DNA of 64,000 bases, taken from NCBI RefSeq assembly GCF_964355755.1, contig NC_092679.1, positions 7,346,201 to 7,410,200 of the forward strand, read 5' to 3'. The notes beneath the pieces are model-generated. The model was given only the letters and a program-made list of their open reading frames with translations. It did no database searches and was not told the DNA's origin. The stretch comes from Antedon mediterranea (lineage: Eukaryota; Animalia; Echinodermata). Below are positions 1-13,600 of this stretch, in pieces (position 1 is the first letter of the stretch; each line of letters begins with the position of its first letter). The position numbers were made by a program, and so were the translations under genes.

Positions 1-205
1 CTAAATGTAAAGAGCCTTAAATGTAAAGAGCCTTAAATATAAAGAGCCTTAAATATAAAGAGCCCTAAATATAAAGAGCCCTAAATATAAAGAGCCCTAA
101 ATATAAAGAGCCCTAAATATAAAGAGCCCTAAATATAAAGAGCCCTAAATATAAAGAGCCCTAAATATAAAGAGCCCTAAATATAAAGAGCCCTAAATAT
201 AAAGA
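1..205. repeat. 16-bp tandem minisatellite (TAAATATAAAGAGCCC)n, ~13 copies, runs off the window start
   Basis: Directly visible tandem units with T/C and G/A variants in the first copies. Confidence 0.95.
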
Positions 206-399
206 GAACAATGTAAGTCTAGGATTTCTCAATATAATGTCTCTACTAGTATTAACTTAAAGCCAGGACTGATTTTTTTTTTTAAAGAATATATCATCAT
301 AACAAAAGAAGGTGTAGAATATTAATTTATTTTTAAATAAATTGGAGGAAAGAAAATCCAAGAAAGTTGTTTACTGGAATGAAACATACTTCCATAATT

Positions 400-535
400 T
401 TGCAGCCAGTGATCAGCTTAGTTTGTGCTTTGACCTTACCAGGTACCCATTTGTACACCTGGGTGGAGAGAGGCAAACATATTTAGTAAAGTGTGTTGCC
501 AAAGAATACAGGCAATGCAATGAGCAGGGTTATAC
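400..535 (-). mobile_element. Degenerate CORE/MIR-like tRNA-SINE fragment
   Basis: GGTACCCATTTGTACACCTGGGTGGAGAGAGGCAAA...GTAAAGTGTGTTGCCAAAG resembles the antisense strand of invertebrate CORE-type SINEs; a related piece occurs at ~54140-54215. Confidence 0.5.
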
Positions 536-3500
536 AAAATGTCTAATGAATGGTACAAGTGGAACAATGTTGTATAAACCAATCTGCTTCAAATATATCT
601 TGCTAAAATGCATACCCAGGTCAGTTAACTGTTTTTGCCAACAAAATATCAATATCTTACATCGCCCTATTTCTGTTGTGTAAACTTGACCACATGCTTT
701 TTGAGTCATAGTAATTTGGCTTGTTGCCTATGGTCAATGGGAACATAGAACATGTTCTTACACCTAGCACATTAACATAAAGTGCATACAAACCACACAG
801 TTGAATGTTATAATTGTGATTTCCTACATAAATTATAATTCAATCCGCATTTAAATCGAAGATAACACACGTGGCGACAGTAACCTTGATAAAATAGTAC
901 ATTTAATTTAATGTCAATATTTTTAATAATCATCAAAATGTTTTTAAACAAAGAAAAAAAAATTGTTTGGTAATAAGATTTATTTCTTGATTTTTCAAAG
1001 CATTAATAAAGTTTGAATGTGACAATTGCGATTCAAACCTCTATTAAGGGGACACCTTTAAGACCCAACAGTGTGTCTTTGCAATAGGAATGTCCCCTGT
1101 GGTCTGATCGAGTGTAAAAACTTGTCCCTCATTTGATTCACAAGGAAGTATCTCCTTGAGGTGTATCCCAAAAGAGTCCTTTAAAATCATATTGAGATTT
1201 TGTTCTAAAGCTCTTAATTTTTCAATATCTATTCTTTTAAAATCTTTTTCCGAGGAATGACAGAGAGAGGCAAAGAAGATGGGAAGAACGAAACAACATT
1301 ATAGAGTATAGACTGATTTGCTAAGATCCATGTGACACAGTCAACTGTTTTTACCAATAACATATTAATTTCTTCCATCATCCTAATTCTTTTGTTCTGT
1401 ATTGTGAAAATTAAACAGACCTTAAACATTCATTAGGATGTATTCAATAAATAGTTTATACAATAATTGTGGAATCATGGTCACTCTGTTTTGGCACAAA
1501 GTATAGAAGAAAAAAACTCCTAAACTAAAAGGAAAGTTGTCAAAAATGAAGAGTTAACCAAATGTTATTGAGGGAATGTTTTTATACCATTATTTTGAAA
1601 TTGTAAAGGATATGACACAGTACAGAACACATAGGAATGTTGAAAGATATGGACACATTATAACATATGTTATTGACAATTTCATTTTCTACTTAATTTT
1701 AATTGATGCATCCTTTTTGGAGAAATTGTTTAAAACTACAAATGGAAATATGTGTCCATTTTTGTACAGTAATTACTGTATTAGGACTCATGTGGTCCTA
1801 AAGTCTATACGAAGCATCACACACTATACACAAGTTTAGTTCCCACCAACTAGGTGAAATTATGAAATTGGGGTAGTCACGGAAGACAACAAAAAAACCC
1901 ACAAACTTATAATTCATATTATAGAAATAAATACATTGCCTGTGACAACCCATTGCAGGCCCTTTGTAAATGTATGAATTTCCTGCCTAACAGACAAACC
2001 TGCCCTAAGCTGTACGTATCATCATCATTTATATCAACTACCTTAAACAGACAAAAACTACACTTCCGACAAACATTAGACTCGATACCAGGTCATCTAT
2101 TTTGAAAAAAGAGCGTGAATAATATGAAATCAATAGATTCTCTAAACAGACTCAAATTTAGTTAAAACTATTTTTTTGTTCACAAAATGGTGAATCTATA
2201 AAGCATACTGTAGACTAGAAGGGCAGGTAGCATGCCGTACTGCCTCAGCTCTAATACACACTTCTCTTTTTTGAGCTATTTGTCTTTGAATGTAACAAAA
2301 TATCACCTATTTGAATAATATGATAGTTTTATTGTAAAACATGCTTGAAAAAAATTGCTACAAGACCTAGAATCGGCTTCCTGCTCTACAGCTGTTACAG
2401 AACAAAAATTAACTTATAACGAATGGCGTTTATGTCATTACATTTATATGTTGTGTTGCTGTTGCTGTATCCTTGGGGTAGGGCCGCAGGCTATGCCCTA
2501 ATCTTATCAAATCTATGTCAACTGTTTGTATGCGATTTGAGTATGTGTTACATATGTAACAGAACATGAATTGTAAGTGTTTGCAGTGAGTATGTTGCAC
2601 ATTAAACATGATTGATAGCTAAGATTGTTTTTTTATATAAAACATTTGGTTTAAATCTCTAGTTATAATAATTTGTAAATATTGTAATTTATTTTTATAG
2701 AAAGAGGGTAAATTTAGCAGCCACAGTGCAGCACCTAACATGATCATCACACCGGGAGACATCCAACGCTTAAGATAAGGTACCAAGTTCTTTAATGTGC
2801 GCATGTGCATTGTATATACGATACATGAGACCAACAGCTTTATGTCCAATTCAAAGGATGAATCAATTCGAGAAAGTAGCTTGCTTAAGAATACAAACCA
2901 TACCACCGATATCCTATCTCATATCCAGGCACCTCACATGAAAGTTCAAATTGGAAAGGTAGCAGAATCGAAGTATATGAATAAAACTTTTAAAATTTTA
3001 TTATTTAACAAATAGTTCCTTTGAAATCTAATCCCATAATACCACCTGTTTTTGTACTCATAGCTATACAATATAATTAGTATATTAAAATATATTTATT
3101 TATAGACTACCTATATTACTTTAAAAGAAACTATTATATTAAAGTGATTTACATTTAAATGTTTCTCTATGAAATATGATCCCTCTTATACTTTTACACC
3201 TGTTTTTTTAATTATCCTCTGGTTTCCTCCATCGGGAAATTTCAGTTGAGAGGGTTACATTTGAGGTACTTTTTTCTGGCAGAATATAACATACATTAAT
3301 AATAGGGAAGGTTAGGGTTTAAAAATTGAGAAAGAAAGTGCTTTGAAATGTAGGGGGCCCAGCCAACCCCTTGAACCTACCCATGATATGGACCTGGTTC
3401 ACCTTCAAATAGGGGGAGGCTCAGGATTTAAAAATTGTGAAAGAAAGTGCTGAACTTAATTTGATGTCTTTAAAATTTATGGGGCCCAGCCAGCCCTTTG

Positions 3501-3719
3501 AACCTACCCCTGATATGGACCTGGTTAACTTTTATCAACTGGAATATAATGCAGTATTTTTTATACAATTAACAGCGTATTTAAATGCAAGAGTTTAAAT
3601 GGCAGATTTTTCAAAGCAGGCTTTTATAGCAATTAAAGTTGCCAGATAGTATGGTCAGTTTGTAAATGTTCATAGTATATTTCTATGGCCGAAATCTGAA
3701 ATAAAAGTCATTGAATTAC

Positions 3720-3886
3720 CCTGATGTAGTAATGAATCGAGCGTCTCCGTCATCAAATGGTAAAAATGCTACTTTGTGTATGATTTTCTCATGCAGCTGA
3801 ACGGCCGCTTGAACTTGTCCTGTCAATTTGTCCCAGAAATACACAGTACCTTGCGCCGTGCCTCCCAGGATTAGGTTGTGATGAGT
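3720..3886 (-). CDS. F-box/WD40 gene exon 14 (WD40)
   Basis: tttcag|THHNLILGGTAQGTVYFWDKLTGQVQAAVQLHEKIIHKVAFLPFDDGDARFITTSG|gtaa; not in the ORF track. Confidence 0.85.
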
Positions 3887-6800
3887 CTGAAATTAGAAGA
3901 AAAGCAAAAACCGGTAATACAAGTCATAACAGTCATGGCCTATGAGGTATTAACAGTGGTGAGTTCATAGGAATATCGGTCACATTGGTGCTAATATATT
4001 TATTTAAGCTTCGTGCAGGCAAGCCTATCAAATTAAGTTTTTAAAATAATTATATCAAAAGTTGTTTTTTTTTATAATTTGTATATTTGCAACCATCAAC
4101 TGAGTATGAAACTTATTTTTTTTCTCTCTTTTGTGGCATAAACACCACTTTTATTCACATTAATATCATAATAGTCTTGCCATTACCATAAAATCTCTAT
4201 ATTATTTTCATTATTATTACATTTTTTACTATTTCCTAATGTTTTATCAGTGGTAGGCCTATAAAATTTTTAAATTTTTGTAAATTCATGCCTGCTATTT
4301 ATAAATTTATCCTGATGTCGTTGCAATAAGAACATTCATTTTTCCTATGCTTCAAAGTCGTAAGTAAAAGTTTACTTTAAAGATCCATTCCCTACAATTT
4401 TTGACATTTAAACAAATTAATGCATATATTAATTTAATCATCTTTTGAAACTAACTACCATGACAGAGTGGGCCCAAGAAAGAAGACATTACGGCTTGTA
4501 ACATGGGCAGACATCTCGGTCCTAACGGGACACAGGAAGATAGCCTACAGTTATTCCTGCAAGCTTACTCAATAAAACTCAGCTATCAGGATTTCACTCG
4601 AAAAATGTCTTATCATCAAATCTCCCTATGTAATTTTATAATACTATTCCCCACAATATATTCTGATTCTTTATGGCGTATATTTAATTTGATCTTTATT
4701 AATTTGCAGTATAATTCCTATTATTTAACTACTGTACCTTCACACACGCGCGGTATGTTTTAAAATAAACAAAAAACTGAAATGGCTATGACTAATGGCC
4801 AACTTAAGCTCCAGTCCTACTATTTTTTTTTCGTCTTCCAAAGGGACACTATATATTACTTTAAAAACATTAAACCAGGTCATTCCTTTTTTTTAAATGT
4901 ATGTTTTTTGATCGTAAATTATGATAAAAAGAGAGAATCAATGCACTATCTAAGTAGCTCGCGTTGAATGTCCTCTCGTGGACAGCTAGCTTTAATTTTC
5001 TAGGCCTAGCTGGTAAGCAGCAGTAACGTACAAACATTGTACGCCAGTTAGGCCTAGCCTGACATTGTCTGGTCTACTGCTGAATTAATTGTCTTTCTGT
5101 TTTTGCCAAAATATGTTAATAAATTGGGGAAATCCTGGTATTTTCTCTGAAAAGTGACGATTCTTCGATCTGTTTTGGCCTTTAACATCGATTGAAAGTG
5201 GGTGAATCACAGAAAAAAAACGAAAATATCAAATATCGCGTGCAATGCATGTTGGGATTTATAGCAGGCCACTTAAATTATTACAATCAATTTATTTTTC
5301 ACATTTTTAACCACTTATAGATGAAAAATGTTATCGCTATGAGGACCATAGTATTTATTTTTACATTCAATGTAGTTTGTGACCTTAAATCAGACCTAAA
5401 AAATGTAGGAATGGGGCTTTAAAAAGAGAGCATTTGGTGAGAGCATAAAATTTGGCCAGGTCTTAGTTCAGCCTTGCAGCCAAACAGAATTTGGTATTTC
5501 TGTGTTCTTAGTTTGCATATCACAGTAAAAAATAATTTCCTGATACGTCAAAAAGTTGTAGTGAAATGTTGCTAAGGAGAGCTCAATGTCCAATACCACA
5601 GTTAATAGTACAGTCCATCTAATCTGAATCACCAATTTGGCAGGACTTGACCTCTGTGAGTCAGAGTCACAAATCGTACCTGTGTCCCGATTTGGCCCTA
5701 GGTTGCTTAAACTAGCTACGAAATGTACAATCAATCAACCAATCAGAACGGTGCATGCTTTCTATAATCAAAAACACCTTGTTTTCTAGCGTTACCTGTT
5801 CGTAGACTAACAGTCATCTTTTTTAGCCTTGAATGATAATCCCTTTGTCATATTGTTTCCTGTTATTAATTAACGTGATTGTCAAGTGCAGATTTTAGGA
5901 TTTTTCTCATTCATAATTCTCATACCTTTTTCTACATTTATTTACTACTAACCAATTATAGAAGAATAAAGTCAATATTATGGTTTAAAATACGGTATTT
6001 TTAAATATTCAATTTCAATTAAAATCAAGTGTAAAATAATAAGCATTTTTAGTTTTTTGCATATATTTGCATATAGTGTTAATAAATGTTGTCATATTTC
6101 CTACTCTTATATAATGCTTTTAACAGCAGATTATTTATTTTAACTTCAATTTTACTTCACAATAAACCTGTGTAACTTACAGTACTAACATACTTTAAGT
6201 ACAAGTCCTAATATCCTACGGTAGATATTTTTTTTTTCTTGTGATTGAGCAACGGTAGAATGTGCCCTCATCCATGCAGTTGCAATATCACTGTGAATTA
6301 TGCCTCACTATATCTGACTTATTACGATCGCAAAGTTCTTATAAAGCAATGGAAAATAGATAGGTTCAGGATATGTAATTGGTCATTTGATTAAGTTTGT
6401 AAACCAACCAACAATGATTGCCGAGGGCTCCCAAGGTTATACTCCTATATAAGAGCCAAGTTCTCACGATTTCAATTCTTCAGTTTTTCAGTTAAATGTA
6501 ACCTCTGTTTCCACTTTTATTTCAGATGTGCGGTTGAGGACAGTATATATGTATTTGTAGCTGGTTTCACATGGAAGACATATCAAATATATATGTATTT
6601 TATCATCATGTGATATTTGTCTAAGTTCCCTCCTGTTAGTGGTGAACCTTGAGTTCACTGTTAGGAAAATAAAAATAAATTAATAAATGAAACAAATAAA
6701 TAAATCAACTAGAAGGGAAAAAATAAATAAATCTAAAACATACAATGGATTATTTTTATTCGATTATAAACAATTCTCCAATAGCTTCAAAGTATCTTTG

Positions 6801-9800
6801 CTCAAACTTAAATTTTCACATAAAAAATGCAGGTTAAGCAGCAATTTTCAATCAAAATGAACTTTAAAGCTCAGGTACAGGCATGAATTTTAAATATAAT
6901 TTTTGGTTAATTGTACATAAATCAAATATTTGTAACAGAAATCGAGACGAAAAAACATGAATTTCCCTTAATATGGTCAAATACAAAATTTGGCAAAATT
7001 CTTCAATAAAAACCAGGAAGACTTTTTTTCAGTAGTTAGGTAGTTAACCTAATGTAATAACATGTCTGGTGACTCCCTAGACGGTGAAAAAAGATGGTGG
7101 ATATACGGTGGATAATTTTTGCTATAGCATGAAAATAAAAATCTGAAGTTGAATAAAAATATCAGAAATGTAATATTCAAGTTATATTACCTATATTTAG
7201 TCATCTGATAACATTTTTTACCACACTGTTTATTTTCCATAGCTTTTTAAAATGCCTCACTATTTACAAAATTTGTGTACAAAAGAATAGAGATTTTACT
7301 GTGTAATTTGAACTATTTGATAAGAAAGTGCTTATTTTCAACAAGCTCGTGTAACACAAATAAAATCCAAAAAAAAAAAATTAACAGATGATGAAAAACA
7401 ATCCTGTGAGGGTGAACTGACACTGTTAGAGTGTAAAGATGCAATTTTGTCAATGAAGCGTAATAAAGCACCCGGTACTGACGGCCTTACCGTTGAATTT
7501 TATCAATTTTTCTGGCCTAAAATAGGTTCATTAATCTGTAATGCTCTTAATACATGCTTTAAAGATGGGAAACTATCAATATCACAAAGAAGAGGGGTAA
7601 TTAACTTAATTTATAAGAAGGGAGACCATGATGATCTCAATAACTGGAGACCTATAACTCTCCTGAATGTAGACTATAAAATTGCTGCATTGGTTTTAAC
7701 AAAACAAATACAAAAGGTTATATCAAAACTGGTTAGTAATGACCAAAAAGGTTACATTAAAGGTCGCTTTGGTGGCGACAATGTAAGATTAATTAATGAT
7801 GTAATTCAGTATATGGATAACGGCAGGTTAACAGGAGCTCTTGTTAGCGTAGATTTTAGTATTGCCTTTGACACTGTAAATAGACATTTTCTTGTAAGTA
7901 CCTTGCGTTCTTTCAATTTTGGTTCTTCTTTCATTTCATGGGTGAACGTACTGTATTCAGATACAGAATGTGTAATAATGAATAACGGTTGGTGTTCAAA
8001 AAGCTTCCAAATGCATAGAGGGATCAGACAAGGCTGTCCCCTTTCTGCCTTACTATTCATTTTAGTAGCAGAAATAATGGCTATAAGAATTAAAAGTGAT
8101 CAAAATATCGAAGGGATTGCCCTTCCAGGCAAGGATGACTATACAACTGAAGTCAAAATTGCACAATTAGCAGATGACACAGTTTTATTTCTAAAAAATG
8201 AAAACAGTATAAAGAATAGCATTGATAAAATCGTTGAATTTGGTCTAGTATCAGGTTTAAAGCTAAACAAAGAAAAAACCAATGCCATGTGGTTAGGGCG
8301 TTGGAAAAACAGAAAGAAGAACGAAAATTTGTTCAACATCAATTGGGTGTACAGTAGTTTTAAGATTCTAGGTATACATGTTGGCCATGACAAAGAAATA
8401 TGTTTTACTAAAAACTGGTCTGAAAAAATTCAATCTTTTAAAAAAATGCTTGATACATGGCACAAAAGAAACCTCTCGATATTTGGCAAAGTTATGATTT
8501 TAAAAACACTGGGTTTAGCAAAGTTAATCTACAACGCAAGTATTATAGATACCCCTGAATGCGATTTAAATGAAGTCGATAAAATTGTATTCGATTTTAT
8601 TTGGAATAATAAAACAGAAAAGATAAAAAGATTAACATTAATCAATGATTATAATAGTGGTGGAATAAATGCTCCAGACTTCAGATCTCAAGTCAAGGCA
8701 CTACAAATGTCATGGCTTAAAAGATTGTACAATGATGACACTTCCAAATGGAAGTGTTTACCTAAAATGTATTTTAACAAAATAGGTCCAAGAGAGGTTA
8801 TTGAAAATATATCAAATGTAAAATATAAAGAAACACATTACAGTAGTATGCCTTTATTATATAAATCAATGTTAAAGTATTTAGCTGAATTCAATCAATA
8901 TTCTGTCAAAATGTCACTTTCCTATGAACAAATTATAGAACAACCTATATGGGGCAACAACTTGATAACACACAATGGTTTCTCACTCCTTTATAGGAAT
9001 TGGATTAGATCTGGTATAACAAAGATGAAACATATTATAATTGATAACAGATTTATTAATACAAATGAATTACTATTTTTGTTAAATATCAAATCGAATT
9101 GGATTGCTGAATTGTCATGTCTACTAAAAGCAATACCACGAGAATGGAAAGATATAATTTATTCAAAAATTGATAATGTAAAAGTTAACGAAGTTATATC
9201 AATACAGTATAGTAAAATGAGTTGTAAAAACATTCGTCTCTTTTTTATAAAAAAAAAATGTAAAGAACCAACCAAGAGTAAAACAAAGTGGGAAACACAT
9301 TTTAATATAGCGAACGATTGGACACTGACGTGGAAAAGAAAAGTAAATGATATTAAAGATAACAAACTTAAACAGCTAAATTTCAAACTATTGCATTGTA
9401 TTATTCCTACCAATAGAAGGCTCTTTAAATGGAATATTAATAATACAGACACTTGCCTGCAATGTAATGTAATGTAATAGAAGATGATAAACACTTCTTT
9501 TACCAATGTACTGAAGCAAATGATTTATGGAAATACATTAATGTTTATACCACATATAAGTTTGGAATTGAGGCAAACTTTCAAAATATTGTACTCGGTA
9601 CCGGAAACAGATATGTTGACCACATGATCTCTTTTGGATGCTTCTGTATCTATAAAGCACACATTTTGAAAAAAGTAAAGAAATGGAATTATGGTTCACT
9701 TTCTCGCCTGTTTTTGGCTTAACCGACTATTATAATACGGTATATTCTACAGAGGTTTATATAACGCTGTGCAATGCCAATAGGTGGTTAAATCTTTATA

Positions 9801-10224
9801 TAGAATTATTTAAAAAAAATGAAAATAAATGAAATAAATATTAAAAACAAAACGAAACGTAACATATAAGTAAGCAACAAATATAACCATGAGACATAAA
9901 ACTAAAACACAAGAGTAAGGAAAGAATTTTTTTTTAAGCTTACTATAATTATTTGAATTTTATATTTGTATTTATGTTCTTATTGTAAAAAAAAAAAAAA
10001 AAAAAAAGAATTAAGAATAATAATTGTATTGCATTTTATATATTGTAAATATTTATTTATTTATATACCTTTGTCGTGGGTATGTATGTATGCATGTGTG
10101 CAATCATGTACTCGAATATATGCACTTGTGTGTTTTGTACAGAGACATAGACCTATTTTAGAAAGGAATAGTTAAAATAAAAGAAAATAATGAAAAAAGT
10201 GGATAATACATATAAAAGTATAAA

Positions 10225-10282
<58 letters not shown>

Positions 10283-10648
10283 ACAACAGGCAAAGAACAT
10301 TAATTCTAAACCGCCCGATGATATACTAAATTTAATTAATTAATTTGGAACGATAAAGATGAGGAAATCTGTGAGAATGAGAAAAAGTCACCCCAACCGA
10401 GACTCGAACTCGGACCGCCTGCTTGATATGCAGATGTCCTAACCATTAGACCACTGGGGCTTTCATGGTATTGTTCGAACTCGATTGGATAGCGACTCTT
10501 TAACATTCTCGGCGTGGTACGGCGGAACAGCACTAGTCCTCAGTTGTACGCACGCGCAACAGAGATCAAATTGATACGCCCTCATCTTTCAGTATTTTTA
10601 TTCACGAGGCGGGATCTCCGAAGAGATACTTTTATATATATAAACACA

Positions 10649-10696
<48 letters not shown>

Positions 10697-13600
10697 ACCG
10701 AATTGTTTCGATCAAATCGTACTAAAGATAAAAGAAAGTACAAGAAAATAACAGAACAGAATAACAAGGGAATATATATTTGGATGAAGTGTAAAATCAT
10801 TGTATTGATCATTTGAGAATGAAATGAATAAAATAGTGGTTAACGCCACAAAAGAGAAAAAAAAAATAAAATCCCAAAAATTATGAAACATAGGGGAAAT
10901 TATAGATCGATAATTATTGGAATGTATGATCAATATAAATTTTTTGCCCGCACCTGGCCTTTAATGTAAATGTTTAAAATAAACATTGTTTTAGTATTGT
11001 TAATAGTCCATTAGTGCTGATTATTTAGGCTTCTTAATTTATCACTATAGACATAATATGGTTAAAGTAAGCTCTATCTAATTCCCACCAATTAATCTCT
11101 TTGTCAGATCAGAATTTTGTCAGTTACTGCCTTCCATAGGTTAACAAACTCACATTTCAGCTAAGTTCACTTACTACAACCATGATACTTATACAACAAC
11201 AATTAGGTTTGGGGGAGAGGGTACTACTACCTTGAGGTCATAAAAATAGGCCTACCTGCATTTCTTACACTAAAATATATGAAATATTCCTTATTTTTAA
11301 AATGGAATTTCAATTGTTATTCAATGCAACATTTATTTTGACCAAAATCAAACATCAACATCGTTTAGGTACAATAGCAAGAATAAAAAAAGAAGTATCA
11401 TTTGGTCGTCGAGGGATGACGAGTGAGACTCTTACAAGTTTGTCACTGTTGCCCCCTCTTCATAGACAAATGAAAGAATAACTAATAGATATTATATAGA
11501 TTCAGATCACTAAAAATAAATTAGTTGCAGAAAAACAAAAATGAAATAAATGATATTCTTTGATGGGGTGTTTTTTTTTAAAGAGATAAAATTAGATAAC
11601 AGGTTCGCTGTCTCTCAAACTATATACGGCGTGACAGAGACACAACGATTCATCACAGGGAATTAAAATGAACAGGCAAGCATCAAAACTAACATGGGTT
11701 TGAAGCTTAAAGGGGAAGTGAAGTTAAATTCCGGTAAATCGCAACTAAGTTCAGGGTCATGATAACATACAGAGTAGGCCTACATTTAAATGTATTGTAA
11801 CAGCCGATATTCCACACAAGATCAACAGCCTGTAAACGTGTACAGTTTTATATAAACCAAATGCTGTTTCTCACCCCAGGAATGAATTGTTTATTATATA
11901 GTACTTCAGCAGACATAAGACATAACGACAAATCAGTAATTACATTTTTTATAAGCAAAATCATAATTTTTGTTTGTTTTTTTTTTTGGTGTCAAAGGTT
12001 AATTTTTCAATCACAAAATTTCAACTGTTAGGGGTATTAATAAATGACATTCTACATCTTTGTCTTGCCCACATTATTATAAACGCACTAACCACAGCAT
12101 AGAGTCATGCCAAGTATCTCAGAGTGCGTGCAAGTGATTTCAAATGCGGTATGCCAAACGCAACCCTTCCGTTGGAACTTGTTTTGGTAAGGTCAAACGA
12201 GGATTGTTAAATTGGTTACATTTCGATGTATTACAGGTCTGAATAAAACTTTTGATTTTACCTTATGGAAATTGTGTCTTTCGTTTTCTTTTCTTGTCAA
12301 AACTGACATTATACTATTAAGGGAATTTGCAAGCTCCCAAATTTAAATATTATTTTATTGAGACAGGTTAATTTTATATCAATATTTGTTTCATATGAAT
12401 AAGAAAATAAAAAACATTTAATAGGCCTGTTTGTGCTATACAAATTTAAAACCATTAACCATTAGATTATTAATATTATTAATAATTATTTTGTTTCTAA
12501 AATTCTGAAATTAACTCTTGAAAACATTAACTAGGATACTAAATCGGCCATATTCCTCAACTCCTACTAATATAGAGGGCTTCTTTTTAGAGGAAATCAA
12601 TCAAATACTACAGGCTTTTATAGCAAAGATTTTATTGTCTTATTAAGTTCTTGCTTAGTATAAATAGCGATTGTTAGATAACACAATACACATTCAGAGT
12701 ACTTTTATCATCACCATGCAAGTACTGACCGCAATAACTAGCGGAACGAATGTTGCCACGAGGCACAAACGTTTAAGCACGATTATAATTGAAATTAAGT
12801 TGATGACAAATCACATTGTTCAGCTAATTAGCATTCACGTATTTGATAATATACTTTATTTATTGTTTAAGAACAAACTTGAATCTTTATTAAGCAAGTT
12901 AGAATCATTAATTATTGGTAGTAAATTAAAATTTTATAACACTCTTTGTAATTTTTATTTGAAAAAGAATGAAATTCATATTTACCAGATTGGTAGAGTA
13001 TATCATTTTAGAAGTACCAAAGAGGTGGGGTCATTCATTCTACCCACAAACCCTGTCTACTGACACTTATGACTCTTTGAAAGCAGTAACTGTTTAAATA
13101 TGGCAGAAAAAAAGTATAAAACACAGTACGATGACTAAGCTACTGTTGTCCCTAAACAAACGTTTCTAATCTTGGCAGTTGTTAATTTTCTGTAATTTCC
13201 TTGAAATAAAAAAAAAGTTAAAATTTTTATAAAATGTTGAAAGAGACAATAAGTTGCAATAACTTTAAACAAGAATAAAGTAGATGAATATTCAACTTGT
13301 TGATATATCACTGAATTATTAATTAATTGAATTAACAAGTTATTCCTTTTATTGAAGGTTATATCCTGCTTGTAGCGTATTATGGACAAACACATACTTC
13401 TAAACTGAAACTTAAAAGAGAATTTTTGTAACAATGTTCTTAAAAGGAAACCTCCTTCATAAATTCAAATTCATATGAATAGAAAACGATATATTTAAAT
13501 TGACAAAGATCGGGAAAAAAGTATTGTACAATTAATTTGTTACTTTCTAGAAAAGCTATTTACAACAGCATATTGAATCATTAATAACTCCTCTTTCCTC

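Larger units (their letters stand above)
7369..10863 (+). mobile_element. 5'-truncated Tx1/L1-clade non-LTR retrotransposon with long 3' UTR and A-rich tail
   Basis: RT ORF is open from the truncation point (LTDDEKQSCEGELT...); target-site duplication AAATAAAATCC at 7358-7368 and 10864-10874; A-tail precedes the right TSD. Confidence 0.9.
6868..10960. mobile_element. Kolobok-like MITE split by a LINE insertion (MITE halves 6868-7368 and 10864-10960)
   Basis: Both halves match the uninterrupted copy at 23169-23671; TTAA|AGCTCAGGTACAGGCA ... TGCCCGCACCTGGCCT|TTAA. Confidence 0.9.

Noticed and set aside
2619-3015. Overlapping 95-aa and 72-aa ORFs
   Set aside because: No domain or phase-compatible splice sites; likely decayed repeat.
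3310-3530. Two-copy ~100-bp imperfect direct repeat (also short arrays at ~15575-15640 and ~27830-27980)
   Set aside because: Ordinary local tandem duplications with no further structure.
3620-3697. Acceptor-like tttcag just past exon 14 as a possible terminal exon
   Set aside because: The intron would be only ~24 nt and the WD40 repeat would be left incomplete; the true next exon is probably outside the window.
6240-6720. CCAAT/TATA-like motifs (CTATATAAGAG ~6445) suggesting a nested promoter or solo LTR
   Set aside because: No TG...CA boundaries, TSD or downstream ORF identified.
10336-10533. Repeated 65/71-aa ORF (also 50051-50266)
   Set aside because: Reads through the tRNA-like sequence; non-ATG start; the similarity just reflects repeat copies.
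10500-10565. CTGAGGA on the minus strand as a possible hammerhead core
   Set aside because: No correctly placed GAAA or stem II could be built.
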